DNA of 64,000 nucleotides from Candidatus Latescibacterota bacterium (GTDB lineage Bacteria; Latescibacterota; UBA2968; GCA-2709665): assembly GCA_965222075.1 (NCBI GenBank), contig OZ244937.1, positions 3,808,001 through 3,872,000 of the forward strand, given 5' to 3'. The notes under the pieces were generated by a model, which saw only the letters and a list, made by a program, of their open reading frames with translations, had not been told where the DNA came from and did no database searches. Of the stretch, positions 1 through 10,466 are shown piece by piece; positions within the stretch are counted from its first letter, which is position 1; every line of letters begins with the position of its first letter. Both the position numbers and the translations under genes were made by a program.

Positions 1-1
1 C

Positions 2-2824
2 AATGGCGACGCCCTCAACAAAATCGGCCGAAACGCCTGGAAAATCTCCTTCGACAAGCCCTGGAAAGTCACCCATCCCGCCGATGGAAAAGTCTACCCC
101 TCAAACAACTTCGAAGCCTTCAGGAAAAGCGGCTGTAAAGACCGCAGCCTCCTCACCGGACCCTACCCCGACGACGGCTGGGGATGTTATGTTAAAGGCG
201 AAGACAGGCCTTTCTGGTTCGTCGCCTTCTACGCCCACTGGTCCGTGACCCGGCTCCTGCTTCCCGCCCTCGACGACCTGAGCAGGGCCTACCTCATCAC
301 CGGCGATTCCTGTTATGCCCACGCCTGCACCCTGCTGCTGTGGCAGCTTGCGGAATACTATCCTCGCTACGTCTACGAAAAACAGTCTCGCTACGGCAGG
401 GAGGTCAATCCCGGTTACAAGGGCCGCCTGCTCTACCACACCTGGGAAAGTCACTACACCGGCCACTCGGTGCCCCCCGCCTATCACGCCGTCCGTCCCG
501 CCATCCGGAAAGACCGGGCCCTGATGGCGCTCACCGGACAAACCGCCCGGCAGATCCACGCCCACATCGAGGACCGCCTCCTCCGCACCATGGCCGGCGA
601 TATCATGGACGGCTCCGGCCGTATCCAGGGCAACTACGGCATGCACCAGGTCACCCTCCTCCGCATTGCCGCCGTCTTCAAAAACAGCCGAAAAAAACCC
701 ACCAGCCGCGACATGGTCGCCTGGGTGCTCAACAATCCCGATGCCCAAAACTACACCCAGCTGGGCCTGGAAGACGCCATCAACAACCTCCTCCACCGCG
801 ACGGCTACCCTTTCGAATCGCCCCAGTACAACACCCTCTGGATCAAAACCCTCAACGAAATCGTCGAAGCCCTCGGCCCGCAAGGCCGAAAAATCATCGC
901 CCTGCCCCGGTTTCGAAAACTCCATACCTGGGTTCTCCGCATGGCGTGCGCCGGGCGCTTTGTCCCCTCCTACGGCGACTCCAACAACCTCTTCCACGCG
1001 CTCCTGGACCGGACAAATCTTCGAACCGGCGAAATCCTCGAATCCGCCTACCGCCACTACAAAGCACCGATCTTCGCCAGAGCCCTCAAACAGATCAACG
1101 CCAGACCCAAACGCGATCTCTTCCTTGAGCCCCTCGACGGGAAAGCCCTGGCCGGCGCCGCCAAAAGGTACCCCGGTCGCCTGGGCGTCACGAGCGAACT
1201 GCTGCCTGGTGTGGGCTTCGCCAGCCTCCAGACCGGCAGCGAGGCCAACCCTACCGCCCTCGCCCTCTTTTACGGCTACTACTGGGGGCACGCCCACAAC
1301 GACCGCTTGCAACTCGACATCTATTCCTGGGGCCATGCGCTCACCCCCGACTTCGGCTATCCCGAAACCGCCGACGCCTACGACCCCCGCCGGTACGGCT
1401 TCCTCTCCCACACCGTCACCCACAACACCGTGATGGTCAACGCCAGGCGGCAGGCAACAGCGCGCGGGCGTCTGCACCTCTACGATCCCGGCCCCTTCGC
1501 CCAGCTCGTGGAGACCTCTGCCGAAGCGGCCTATGCCCAGGCGGTCAGCCTCTACCGCCGCACCCTCCTGCTCGTGGACGTCGCTCCCGACAAAGCTTAC
1601 ATCGTCGATATCTTCCGCGTGCGAGGCGGCGCCCAGCACGACTGGATCGTCCACGGCCCCCAGGCCGAACTCAAGAGCGATCTGCCCTTCTCCAAACCGC
1701 GCAAAAAGGGCACCCTGGCCGGCCAAAATGTCCCGTACGGTGATTTCTACGACGACAGTCGCTACGACAACAACAACACGGCCCATGTATCCTACAGCCG
1801 GTATGAGGGCAGCGCCTTTCAGTGGTTCTTCAACGTGCAGCAGGCAAAGCTGAACGGCGTCGGCGCCGCAAGCTGGCGCCTCAACCGCCCGCCCGACCTC
1901 TACCCGAAAATAGACCGAAAAGGCGTGGTCCTGCGCGCGCACCTGATCGGCCGGGACGAAACCGTCTTCGCCTGCGACGGCGTTCCCCAACGCCGCGAGA
2001 CCTGGCCGGAAACGGTCAAATTCCTCTTCCGCCGCCGCACGGGCGAAAACCTGGAAAGCGTCTACATAACCGTCTTCGAGCCTTACAGGAAAACGCCCTT
2101 CATCCACTCGGTAAGGGCGCTCCCCACCCAGGCCGGCAGCGACCTGCCCGTCGCGCTTGAAATCGCATGCGGCAAGGTGAAACACATCCTCTTTAACCGT
2201 TTGGAAAAGGTAAAAAACAAATCCTCGGTGCTGAAGCTGGGCAACGGGATCACCCTCGATGCCCGGGCCGCAGTCCTCGAACAGACGGCCAACGGCGATT
2301 TCAGACAGATCTACCTGCTCAACAACAATAAGACCGAAGGGCTGGGCATCGCCCCTGCGCCCGCTGTGAGGACCAGGGTGAAGCGCGTGGACTACGAAAA
2401 GGGCCTGGTCACACTGACCAGACCCATTCCATCCTCTCCCGCCGGTGGGATCGCAATCGTAGAAAGCGCCAAACACGCCAACGCCATCCCCGTCGCAGAG
2501 GTCGTCAACACCACCACGTTTGCCGTGGGCGACGACGAACTCTCCGCCGGTACCGTTCACATCACATCGGCCGCTGGAAACCGGATAGAATTCAACCCGA
2601 AATACGTCTACTTCATCGAACCGGGCATGACCGTCGTCAACGAGGCCGGCAGGGTGGTCGGTCGGATCAAATCGATAAAAAGCGGCAGCGCCGGACTGGA
2701 CACAAACGCCCTCACCCTGCGAAACTTCCCCGACCGAAACAGAGACGGCCGCCGCACCTGCCGCGTTATGGTCGTCGGCCCCGGCGACACCCTTACCCTG
2801 CACACGTCCCTGCGCCACGGATAA
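2..2824 (+). CDS. Heparinase II/III-like polysaccharide lyase (5'-truncated by window edge)
   Basis: Frame is open from base 2 (NGDALNKIGRNAWK...YPDDGWG) into the 859-aa ORF. Motifs GHAHNDRLQLDIY, PDFGYP, HTVTHNTVMVN and YRRTLLLVD..YIVDIFRVRGG are typical of the heparinase II/III C-terminal domain. Confidence 0.75.
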   Translation, partial: NGDALNKIGRNAWKISFDKPWKVTHPADGKVYPSNNFEAFRKSGCKDRSLLTGPYPDDGWGCYVKGEDRPFWFVAFYAHWSVTRLLLPALDDLSRAYLITGDSCYAHACTLLLWQLAEYYPRYVYEKQSRYGREVNPGYKGRLLYHTWESHYTGHSVPPAYHAVRPAIRKDRALMALTGQTARQIHAHIEDRLLRTMAGDIMDGSGRIQGNYGMHQVTLLRIAAVFKNSRKKPTSRDMVAWVLNNPDAQNYTQLGLEDAINNLLHRDGYPFESPQYNTLWIKTLNEIVEALGPQGRKIIALPRFRKLHTWVLRMACAGRFVPSYGDSNNLFHALLDRTNLRTGEILESAYRHYKAPIFARALKQINARPKRDLFLEPLDGKALAGAAKRYPGRLGVTSELLPGVGFASLQTGSEANPTALALFYGYYWGHAHNDRLQLDIYSWGHALTPDFGYPETADAYDPRRYGFLSHTVTHNTVMVNARRQATARGRLHLYDPGPFAQLVETSAEAAYAQAVSLYRRTLLLVDVAPDKAYIVDIFRVRGGAQHDWIVHGPQAELKSDLPFSKPRKKGTLAGQNVPYGDFYDDSRYDNNNTAHVSYSRYEGSAFQWFFNVQQAKLNGVGAASWRLNRPPDLYPKIDRKGVVLRAHLIGRDETVFACDGVPQRRETWPETVKFLFRRRTGENLESVYITVFEPYRKTPFIHSVRALPTQAGSDLPVALEIACGKVKHILFNRLEKVKNKSSVLKLGNGITLDARAAVLEQTANGDFRQIYLLNNNKTEGLGIAPAPAVRTRVKRVDYEKGLVTLTRPIPSSPAGGIAIVESAKHANAIPVAEVVNTTTFAVGDDELSAGTVHITSAAGNRIEFNPKYVYFIEPGMTVVNEAGRVVGRIKSIKSGSAGLDTNALTLRNFPDRNRDGRRTCRVMVVGPGDTLTLHTSLRHG

Positions 2825-2890
2825 GCACCTGTTCGTCGTGACCGTGAACCTTTTGATCTACTGGCACCTTCTTCCGAAAGAGATAGAAGG

Positions 2891-4168
2891 ATGGAACTCA
2901 AAACCATCCTCACCCAACTGGGTGAACCGGATGCCACCGACGCCCTGCGGCCCCACTGGGAAGCATCCGAAGCCACATTCCCTGGCGAACGGCCCTCCTT
3001 TCTTACCCCGGCCGAATTCGAAGTCAGCCGCGAATGGAGCGGGTTCGGCCCCGAAATAGACCCGGCCCTCGAAAAAACCGCCGACCGCATCGCGGAAAAC
3101 CCCGCCCTCCTGCGCCTGGCCTGGCACGGCTATTGGCTCCTGTTCGAAGCCCCGGACTACAACCGGTTTCGCGACTGGCCAACGCTCAAGCGTGCCCTGG
3201 CCGAATCCAGCGGCATCTTCAACCTCCTGCTCAGCCTCGCTGCGATCCCCAGGCTCCGCGCCGTCCACAACGCCCGGGGCGTGCCCGAGCAGGTCACCCG
3301 GCACACCGCCCTGGACATCCGCATCGGCGCGCACCGCTACAAAAGCATCTCCGGCGGACGCCTGGGCATGGAGCGCCGCCTGCTCTTCTGGCACCGGCTC
3401 GTCTCCTCCGGCGACCTCTACCGTCTGGGCCGGATGCAGTACGTCCTTCGCCCCTTCCGGGGGCAGGTCCGGGTCTACCGCAGCCGCAACACGAACCGCG
3501 TCCTCGCCCTCTCCGAAGGTGGCATCCGTTTCAACCGCGAAGGTTACGTAGACGGCGCCGGAGGCGTCACGGATGCGGAAAACGGCTGGACCTCCTGTCT
3601 CACCGAAACCAAAACCACGGTCACCGGTTCACCGATCTCGCCATACGGGATGGCCATACGACGCGAGCGCACGCTGTCGCTGGACGACTGGAACCCCGTT
3701 CTCTCCCCAGGAGATCCCGTCCTGGAAATGCATATCCCCGAAGGCGAGGCCATAACGCCCGACGTCTGCCGCTCGTCCATGCAGCAGGCCCTCGATTTCT
3801 TCCCAAAATACGAACCCGACCGGCCGTTTGTCTCCTTCGCCTGCTACTCCTGGATCTTCAACACCCAGCTTGAAGAAATGCTCTTCCCCGCCTCAAACCT
3901 GGTGCGCTACCAGCGCGAACTCTACCTCTTCCCCACGCCCTCCAGCGGCAAAGACGGCCTCTACTTCATCTTCTACAAAGACGACGTGGACATCCAAACC
4001 GCTCCCCGGGACACAACGTTAAAACGGGCCTTCCTTGACCACCTGGCGGCCGGAATTCCCCTGCGTAACGGCGGCATGTTTATGTTGAAAGACGATTTCC
4101 GGCGTTTCGGCACACAGCATTACCGGTCGCAGTGGCCTCCTGTTCCCGGCATCAATGAGAAAACATAA
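2891..4168 (+). CDS. Acyltransferase-domain protein (N-acyltransferase N-domain plus GNAT-like C-terminal domain)
   Basis: Motifs YRLGRMQY, LEMHIPEG and FACYSWIFNTQL..SNLVRYQR; upstream AGAAGG RBS. Confidence 0.7.
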   Translation: MELKTILTQLGEPDATDALRPHWEASEATFPGERPSFLTPAEFEVSREWSGFGPEIDPALEKTADRIAENPALLRLAWHGYWLLFEAPDYNRFRDWPTLKRALAESSGIFNLLLSLAAIPRLRAVHNARGVPEQVTRHTALDIRIGAHRYKSISGGRLGMERRLLFWHRLVSSGDLYRLGRMQYVLRPFRGQVRVYRSRNTNRVLALSEGGIRFNREGYVDGAGGVTDAENGWTSCLTETKTTVTGSPISPYGMAIRRERTLSLDDWNPVLSPGDPVLEMHIPEGEAITPDVCRSSMQQALDFFPKYEPDRPFVSFACYSWIFNTQLEEMLFPASNLVRYQRELYLFPTPSSGKDGLYFIFYKDDVDIQTAPRDTTLKRAFLDHLAAGIPLRNGGMFMLKDDFRRFGTQHYRSQWPPVPGINEKT

Positions 4169-4902
4169 TGAATAACGCCCCTGTTTATCCAGCCCTCACC
4201 CGATGGGTGTATATCAGAAAGATGGCCGTTGTTGTCTTTCTCCTCATCCTGGCAGCCATCCTCCTCCCAACCCGCCTGCACACACCCGCCCTTACCGACG
4301 ATTCCCTCCAGGTCGCCCCCGGCCAAAAGGAAATCCGCATCGCCGCCGTCGCCCACCCATCTCGCTTTAAGGGCACCGGCATGCCCGGCTACCACCTCCT
4401 CGTCTGGAAAAAAGGCCGGGCCGCCGGCAACGCCCTCTTCACCACACCCGTCGACGACCGGGCCGTCCATGCCGCCCTGGTCCGGATCGGCGCCCTGCCG
4501 GGAAACGCCCTCGCGATGGACACCTGGGAAGCCCGTAGCGATTCGAACAACAGCGCCCCGGACAGACAAATCGAAGGCAGCCCCGTCCGGATCGCCCTCT
4601 TATGGGGAGACCGAAAACGTCCGACGCCCCTTGCCGACCTGCTGAAAGACCCCGCAGGCAGGGGCTTCGACTTCCGTTTCGGGGGTCACGCCGACAACAT
4701 CCCCATCTGGAAATCGGGCTGCGTCGTCTGCCTCTACAGTTGTCCCGGCGCCAAAATCGGCAACGCCGCCTACACCATCCGCGACTACGTCAACAAAACC
4801 ACGGCGTTCCGCATCCGGGAGGACCGCTTCCCCCCGGACGGAACGCCCGTAACCCTGATCTTCCGCCTGGTGCAACCCCAAACGGAAAAAAGGAGTCCAT
4901 AA
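4168..4902 (+). CDS. YdjY-like exported protein with Cys cluster (start may be ATG 4222)
   Basis: Hydrophobic N-terminal segment; FGGH...SGCVVCLYSCP motif; start overlaps upstream stop (TAATG). Confidence 0.6.
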   Translation: MNNAPVYPALTRWVYIRKMAVVVFLLILAAILLPTRLHTPALTDDSLQVAPGQKEIRIAAVAHPSRFKGTGMPGYHLLVWKKGRAAGNALFTTPVDDRAVHAALVRIGALPGNALAMDTWEARSDSNNSAPDRQIEGSPVRIALLWGDRKRPTPLADLLKDPAGRGFDFRFGGHADNIPIWKSGCVVCLYSCPGAKIGNAAYTIRDYVNKTTAFRIREDRFPPDGTPVTLIFRLVQPQTEKRSP

Positions 4903-5537
4903 TGTCCGGCACCATCTTCTGGGACGTAGATACACAGTACGACTTCATCATGCCCGACGGCAAACTCTACATCACCGATGCCGAAAATATCCTCCCCAAC
5001 TTAGAGCGGCTCACCGCCTGCGCCCGGCAGCAGGGCATCCCCATCTTCGGCTCGGTCGACTTCCACAACCCGGACGACCCTGAAATCTCCGACGACCCCG
5101 ACTTCCAGGACACCTTCCCCCCCCACTGCCTGAAGGGCACCCCCGGCCAGGAAAAGGTCCCGGAGACCCGCCCGGAGAACCCGCTCTGGATCGACTCCGA
5201 TTCCGAGGATGCGGATGTCCTCAACCACCGGATGCGGAACCACGCGGGCGAGGTCATCTTCCGCAAACAGCGGTTCGACGTCTTCACCAACCCCAACGTC
5301 GACCCCGTCCTGAACGCCGTCCGTCCGGGCCGGATCGTCCTCTACGGCGTCGCCCTGGACGTCTGCAACGCCCACGCGGTCAACGGCTTCCTGGAGCGAA
5401 ACACCGCCCCCATCCGCCTCGTCACAGACGCCACCCAGGCCATTGTGCCCCAACGCGGCGAGGAACTCGTGAACAGGTGGAAAACCCGGGGCGTAGAAGT
5501 CGTCACGACCGACGAGATCGTTGGGGGGGTCGAATAA
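4902..5537 (+). CDS. pncA: Nicotinamidase/isochorismatase-family cysteine hydrolase
   Basis: DVDTQYDF, DFH, FPPHC, K..FDVF and GVALDVC catalytic motifs; AGGAG RBS before ATG 4902. Confidence 0.75.
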   Translation: MSGTIFWDVDTQYDFIMPDGKLYITDAENILPNLERLTACARQQGIPIFGSVDFHNPDDPEISDDPDFQDTFPPHCLKGTPGQEKVPETRPENPLWIDSDSEDADVLNHRMRNHAGEVIFRKQRFDVFTNPNVDPVLNAVRPGRIVLYGVALDVCNAHAVNGFLERNTAPIRLVTDATQAIVPQRGEELVNRWKTRGVEVVTTDEIVGGVE

Positions 5538-5588
5538 AAAACGGGATACCCAAAGCGTCTGCGCCCCCGGGTATCCCGATTATTTTTG
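5535..5588. terminator. Bidirectional rho-independent terminator between convergent pncA and pafA
   Basis: Stem CGGGATACCC (5542-5551) / GGGTATCCCG (5569-5578), flanked by an A-run and a T-rich tract. Confidence 0.7.
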
Positions 5589-5602
5589 CCCCGTACCCCC
5601 GC

Positions 5603-7069
5603 CTACCGCAACCGCCGTCTCATCGGACGCGGGGAAGAGGCCGAAACGGAATGGATCTCCTCGACAAATTCGGCCGTCTCTTTCTCGTAGGTCTCGAACG
5701 GATCCCGGAAACTCAGGTGGGACTCGTTCTCCAGGTAGACCGAGTCCCAGTCGACAATATAGCGCACCCGGTTCTCCGCCAGGGCCTTCACAACCCTCGA
5801 CCTGGCGCGCGCGCGGGTATCCTGCGGCGGTTCATACTCTGCCCGGTCGATCCGTTCCTCCGTCAGCACCCGCCCCACCATCCCCTTCCTCTCCAGATCG
5901 TAATAGAACCCCCGGTTCGGGTCAATATTGTGGAACTCCAGGTCGAGGCTCTGCAGCCAGGGGTCGTTCCAGTTGACCCCCTCCGACGCCACGAACAGAT
6001 CCAGCATCCACTTCTTGGCCACCCAGTCCAGCCGGTCTCCCAGCGACATCGGGTCCCGCTCCAGGTCGTCTAAGGTGCGCACCCACTCCCGCAGCACCCA
6101 GTCCGACTCCTCATCCATCCCGCTCAAATGCCGCTCCGCGAGCTCCAGGTAGCGCCGCTGGATATCGATTGCAGAGATCGTCCGGCCGTTCTTCCGCTCT
6201 AAAATCCAGCAAAACGTGGGATCGCGTGAGATCACCTTCAGCGCCCATACCGGGTCTCCCAGCCCCACATCCCGGGGAAAGATCTTCTGCTCCAACAGGT
6301 TTAAGACCATCGCCGTGGTGCCCACCTTCAGCGCCGTGGCGTACTCCGACATATTCGAATCGCCCATCAGCAGGTGGAGGCGGCGGTACCGGCTGTGATC
6401 GGCCAGCGGCTCGTCCCGCGTATTGATAATCGCCCGGGAAAACTGGATCCACTGGTAGATCTCCGTGACGATATGATCGGCCCGCTGCGAGATCTGGAAG
6501 GCCACCGGGTCTTCCCGGCAGGCCTCGTCCCGGTCCCCCCGGCCATAATAGTAAAAACTGTCGTCGTAGCTCCCCACACGCCCGGCACCGCTGTAAATCT
6601 GCCGGGTCACCAGAAAGGGCAGCAGCGCCGGTATAACCATGGTCGAAAACGGTACAGTCCTCCGGATCAGGTAGTTTTCGTGACACCCAAAGGTCGCCCC
6701 CGTAAAGTGGTCGATGTTGTTCTTTAAAAACGAGGCCTCTTTTTCCAGTCCCAGCGCCTTCAGGGCATTTTGCAGGATCCGATCCCCGGCCCGATCAAAC
6801 GCCACAAGGTCGAAGAGACCCTTGCACTCCGGGGTGGTATACTCGATATGCCCCATATCGATGTAGACCCGGCCGGAATTGAACAGAAACCCGCCGTTGC
6901 CCGGCGGCTCATCCCGTCCCCGGTAGTGGATATCCACAATTCCGATCCGGTCCGAGTAGAAAATGTGGTCCTTGACCTTCACCGAAATCGCATCCGGACT
7001 CACAAACCCCTCATGCTCCGGAGCCATACACCCGTATTCGGTCTCCAACCCAAAAATCCGATTCTCCAT
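5603..7069 (-). CDS. pafA: Pup/UBact-protein ligase PafA
   Basis: RIFGLETEYG, GGFLFNSGRVYIDMGHIEYTTPEC, GCHENY, QISQRAD, IINTRDEPLAD..YRRLH, DTRARAR; last gene of the proteasome operon. Confidence 0.9.
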   Translation of the reverse strand: MENRIFGLETEYGCMAPEHEGFVSPDAISVKVKDHIFYSDRIGIVDIHYRGRDEPPGNGGFLFNSGRVYIDMGHIEYTTPECKGLFDLVAFDRAGDRILQNALKALGLEKEASFLKNNIDHFTGATFGCHENYLIRRTVPFSTMVIPALLPFLVTRQIYSGAGRVGSYDDSFYYYGRGDRDEACREDPVAFQISQRADHIVTEIYQWIQFSRAIINTRDEPLADHSRYRRLHLLMGDSNMSEYATALKVGTTAMVLNLLEQKIFPRDVGLGDPVWALKVISRDPTFCWILERKNGRTISAIDIQRRYLELAERHLSGMDEESDWVLREWVRTLDDLERDPMSLGDRLDWVAKKWMLDLFVASEGVNWNDPWLQSLDLEFHNIDPNRGFYYDLERKGMVGRVLTEERIDRAEYEPPQDTRARARSRVVKALAENRVRYIVDWDSVYLENESHLSFRDPFETYEKETAEFVEEIHSVSASSPRPMRRRLR

Positions 7070-7103
7070 AGGACTCCCGTTTATCCCCCTGGAAAGAGAA
7101 ACG

Positions 7104-7883
7104 TCAGGTCCGATACGCCTTGAGCGCCGGTTCGACCTCCTTCTGGTCCAGCCTGCGATACTTACCCTTGCCCGGTCGGGACCGCTGGAACACGGCGGCT
7201 TCGACCGAAAGCGCCTCTAACTCGGTCCTCAGCACAGCCTCCAGGTTCGCCTCTCCGGCGGCCTCCTCCAGGCCCCCTTCCTTGTCTTCAAACTGCCCCG
7301 CCCACCGCCCGGCCGCCCAGGCCAGCAGCGCCGCATCCAGCGCCTTTCTCAGCGACAGCCGGCCCACCTTCAGATCCGCCAGGTGCCGCTGCATCAGCCG
7401 GTCCGCCTCCGGCACCCCCGCCACAACACCCCATCCCTCTGTCATGTGAAAAGCCCCGTCGTAGTTCACCGTATAAAACGTGGTCTGCCCCCCCACCCCG
7501 TCCAGCTCCGCCATGAGCACCCGGACAATATACGGAGACCGGAAGATCTCGTCAAACGCCGTTTTCACCGTTGGCCCCAGACCGAAGTGGACGATCTGCT
7601 GCAGGGTCACATCGGCCTCCGAATAATTGAACCCGATCACAGAGGCCAGATCCACGGCCGCCTGCCGCAGTTTTTCAATATCCGTCGGATGGCCCAGCGA
7701 GCCCATGCCAATCCGGTCGTAGACTTCAAAGATCTTCTGCTGCCCCTGCACCAGCGTCAACAGCAAGGCGCCATCCCGATACCCTACGCCCACAACCGGG
7801 CTTCCTCTCCGCAGCTGGTCCTCGATATATTCCCGCCGGTTGGCAACCGCCTCCGCCCACCGATAGGGCTCATCCAACATCAT
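7104..7883 (-). CDS. prcA: 20S proteasome alpha subunit
   Basis: RRGSPVV, KIFEVYDRIG, lacks N-terminal catalytic Thr; lies between prcB and pafA with 4-nt overlap to prcB. Confidence 0.88.
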   Translation of the reverse strand: MMLDEPYRWAEAVANRREYIEDQLRRGSPVVGVGYRDGALLLTLVQGQQKIFEVYDRIGMGSLGHPTDIEKLRQAAVDLASVIGFNYSEADVTLQQIVHFGLGPTVKTAFDEIFRSPYIVRVLMAELDGVGGQTTFYTVNYDGAFHMTEGWGVVAGVPEADRLMQRHLADLKVGRLSLRKALDAALLAWAAGRWAGQFEDKEGGLEEAAGEANLEAVLRTELEALSVEAAVFQRSRPGKGKYRRLDQKEVEPALKAYRT

Positions 7884-8689
7884 AGGTCAGCACCCTCCGG
7901 TGGATCGATATAACGCGCATGGGACTCGCGCAACTCATCGGTCGATACATCCTGTAGACCGTCGGCCGTAATCCGCTTCACCGACGGAAAGATATCGGCG
8001 GTACGCTCATACCGGCCGGTTGCAACATCGTACTCCGAGGCCGTGTGCAGCAGCCGCAGGACCAGCCCCAACCCCTCCTCCCCGTCCAACTCGGCAAAAG
8101 GGCGCCCTCCCCACTGATTCAGATAGTACATAGCCCCCCGAATCCCGGACGACCCGGAGCCGGTGGTGGAAAAATCGGTGCTTTCAAACTGAGCGCCCAG
8201 GGCATCGTAAAAAAAGATCTTCCCCCGATCGTCCCTCCGATCGTACGTAGCAAAGATCGGGATTACCGCCCCGATCCCCTGCAGGGCCATAGGCAGGTTG
8301 TCGCGGATCAACAGCGACAGCCGGCGCAGCTTCGCCTCTAAGCTCATCTCCTGGAGCTGCCGTCGGCGGTAGTACTGAAACTGATGCTCTAAAATACGGG
8401 CAACCTCATACGCAATGGCGGGTGACCCGGAAATGGCCATCACCGAATGCGCATCGATATCGATCACCTTGTCCGCCCGGTCGGTGACGATCGTATGCCC
8501 CGCCGTAGCCCGACGGTCTCCCGCAATAAGAACGCCATCCCGGTACCTCAACGCCAGGATGGTTGTCCCTTCTGCCGAGTAGAAAGGGGGCGCATCTCCG
8601 GAATCGCGCAGCCCATCCGGCAGCTCACTTCCCGGAAACCGATAGCCTCCGGCCTTTAAAAGATCCAAAAAATCGCCGCCTGAGTTCAT
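7880..8689 (-). CDS. prcB: 20S proteasome beta subunit
   Basis: Propeptide followed by EG/TTILAL (Thr1), AGDRRATAG, DKV (Lys33 equivalent) and GSGS. Confidence 0.92.
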   Translation of the reverse strand: MNSGGDFLDLLKAGGYRFPGSELPDGLRDSGDAPPFYSAEGTTILALRYRDGVLIAGDRRATAGHTIVTDRADKVIDIDAHSVMAISGSPAIAYEVARILEHQFQYYRRRQLQEMSLEAKLRRLSLLIRDNLPMALQGIGAVIPIFATYDRRDDRGKIFFYDALGAQFESTDFSTTGSGSSGIRGAMYYLNQWGGRPFAELDGEEGLGLVLRLLHTASEYDVATGRYERTADIFPSVKRITADGLQDVSTDELRESHARYIDPPEGADL

Positions 8690-8692
8690 CGG

Positions 8693-8890
8693 CTACTCGC
8701 CCGTCCGCTGCCGGTACCGCCTCGCCTGGTTCGGGTCCACCCGGCGCATCCGCCGCAGCAGATCCTGCGTATCGGGCCGGTCCACATCGGGCTGGGCCGG
8801 CCCCCCATCCTCATCGCCCGATTTCCGATCCGGCGGTGCAGTCGGCCGGGTGCGCCGCTCCAAACCCACAAAATCTCTCCGCATGTCCAT
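8693..8890 (-). CDS. ubact: Ubiquitin-like protein UBact (Pup analogue)
   Basis: About 65-aa disordered, charged protein ending LLRRMRRVDPNQARRYRQRTGE, matching the UBact R[T/S]G[E/Q] terminus; GGAGG RBS before ATG 8890; lies between dop and prcB. Confidence 0.92.
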   Translation of the reverse strand: MDMRRDFVGLERRTRPTAPPDRKSGDEDGGPAQPDVDRPDTQDLLRRMRRVDPNQARRYRQRTGE

Positions 8891-8926
8891 AACCTCCTCT
8901 CCGTACAGATAGCCAAACACGCGCCC

Positions 8927-10441
8927 TTATTCCTTCAACCCGTCTATAAAAACCTCCAGCGTCTCCGACCGGTCCAGCAGGGTGTTGTACTGCTCCACCC
9001 GCTCCGGATCGACCAGGTCCTTCAGGTCCACCGAATGCTGCCTTCCATTGATCGAAAAAACGATCCGGTCCCAGTTGATCGACCTGACATCGTCGCCGAA
9101 CTTTTCCAGACACTGTCCCCGGAAGTAGGCCCGCGTGCCCGACGGAGGAGAGGACATGGCCTGGGCGATCTCCTCGTCTCCCACCAGCCGGACCATTTTC
9201 CCCTGGGCCTCCAAAAGGTAATAAAGCCCCGCATCCCGGTCCACATTGTGGTATTCCAGATCCTGGCTCTGCATCCAGGCCAGATCCTTCGGGGCCTCCC
9301 AGGAGAGACCCTCCGCCTCACAGAAACAGTCTAAAAGCCACTTCTTGGTCACCCAGTCGCAAATCCCCACCAGACGACCCATCGGGTCCGATTCCAGGCC
9401 GTCTAAGACCTCTTCCCACGCCTTCAACACCCAGTCCGTCTCCGGGTCCCGCCCACCCATCTGGCGCTGCGCAAGGTCCAGATAGGCCCGCTGGATCTCC
9501 ACGGCCGGAACCAGCCGCCCTTCCACCTCCACCAGCCACTGGTAGGTCTGATCCCGGGCCACATCCTTCATCGCCGCAATCGGATCCTTCAACCCGATAT
9601 CGGGCAGCGCATCCCGTTCGATCAGGTCCACCACCAAAGCCGTCGTACCCACCTTAAGGGCGGTGATATGCTCCGACATATTGGAATCGCCCACAATCAC
9701 GTGCAGCCGCCGGTACTGCCTGGCATCGGCGTGGGGCTCATCCCGGGTGTTCACCAGCGGCCGCTTGTGCATCGTATCCACACTGGCGATCACTTCGAAA
9801 AACTCGGCCCGCTGCGACAGCTGATAAATCGCCGCCCTGTCCCCCCGTTCCACCCCCACCTTCCCGGCCCCGGCGTAGATCTGGCGGGTCGCAAAAAAGG
9901 GAAGCAACCCTTTGACAATCCGTTCAAAAGGGACCGAACGGCCCATCAGGTAATTTTCGTGACACCCGTAGCTGTGCCCTTCAAAGTCGGTGTTGTTCTT
10001 GTACATCCGCACCGACCCCTCCGGCAGTATCTCCGTCCGTCGCCGGGCGCAAATATCCACGATGCGCTCGCCCGCTTTGTCCTGCGCGACCAGCTCAAAA
10101 AGGCGGTTACACTCGCCGGTGGAGTACTCCGGGTGCGTATGGTCGTTGTAGAACCGGGCCCCATTGTAAATAATCAGATCGCTCTTGAGTTCCTTAAACG
10201 GAATCTTCCGCTTTCGATCCTGCTGCAGGTGGACCTTCTCGTCCACATCGTTTAAAAGCGCTTTCACCTCAAATCCCCGCATATCCCTGCGGGGATTCTC
10301 CAGCTGATAATCCCACAGGGGAACGAACTCCCCCTGCAGGTAACAGCGGATCAACTGCATCGACTCTTCCACCACATCGACCTTCTTGACCCCATCGATC
10401 GTGATCCCGTATTCCGTCTCCAGACCGAAAATCCGCGCCAT
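8927..10441 (-). CDS. dop: Depupylase/deamidase Dop (PafA2 family)
   Basis: RIFGLETEYG, NGARFYNDHTHPEYST (Dop-type), GHSYGCHENY, NTRDEPHAD, TRAYFRG; start reassigned to ATG 10441. Confidence 0.9.
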   Translation of the reverse strand: MARIFGLETEYGITIDGVKKVDVVEESMQLIRCYLQGEFVPLWDYQLENPRRDMRGFEVKALLNDVDEKVHLQQDRKRKIPFKELKSDLIIYNGARFYNDHTHPEYSTGECNRLFELVAQDKAGERIVDICARRRTEILPEGSVRMYKNNTDFEGHSYGCHENYLMGRSVPFERIVKGLLPFFATRQIYAGAGKVGVERGDRAAIYQLSQRAEFFEVIASVDTMHKRPLVNTRDEPHADARQYRRLHVIVGDSNMSEHITALKVGTTALVVDLIERDALPDIGLKDPIAAMKDVARDQTYQWLVEVEGRLVPAVEIQRAYLDLAQRQMGGRDPETDWVLKAWEEVLDGLESDPMGRLVGICDWVTKKWLLDCFCEAEGLSWEAPKDLAWMQSQDLEYHNVDRDAGLYYLLEAQGKMVRLVGDEEIAQAMSSPPSGTRAYFRGQCLEKFGDDVRSINWDRIVFSINGRQHSVDLKDLVDPERVEQYNTLLDRSETLEVFIDGLKE

Positions 10442-10466
10442 GCACCCCCAATCTTCAATCTTCAAT

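Noticed and set aside
101-2818. 905-aa minus-strand ORF and other long antisense ORFs (e.g. 17595-18926, 26274-27830, 46213-47349, 56584-57552)
   Set aside because: Shadow frames of recognisable genes in GC-rich, strongly skewed DNA, with no motifs of their own.
8693-8890. Actinobacterial Pup
   Set aside because: Lacks the GG(E/Q) terminus; the RQRTGE end fits UBact.
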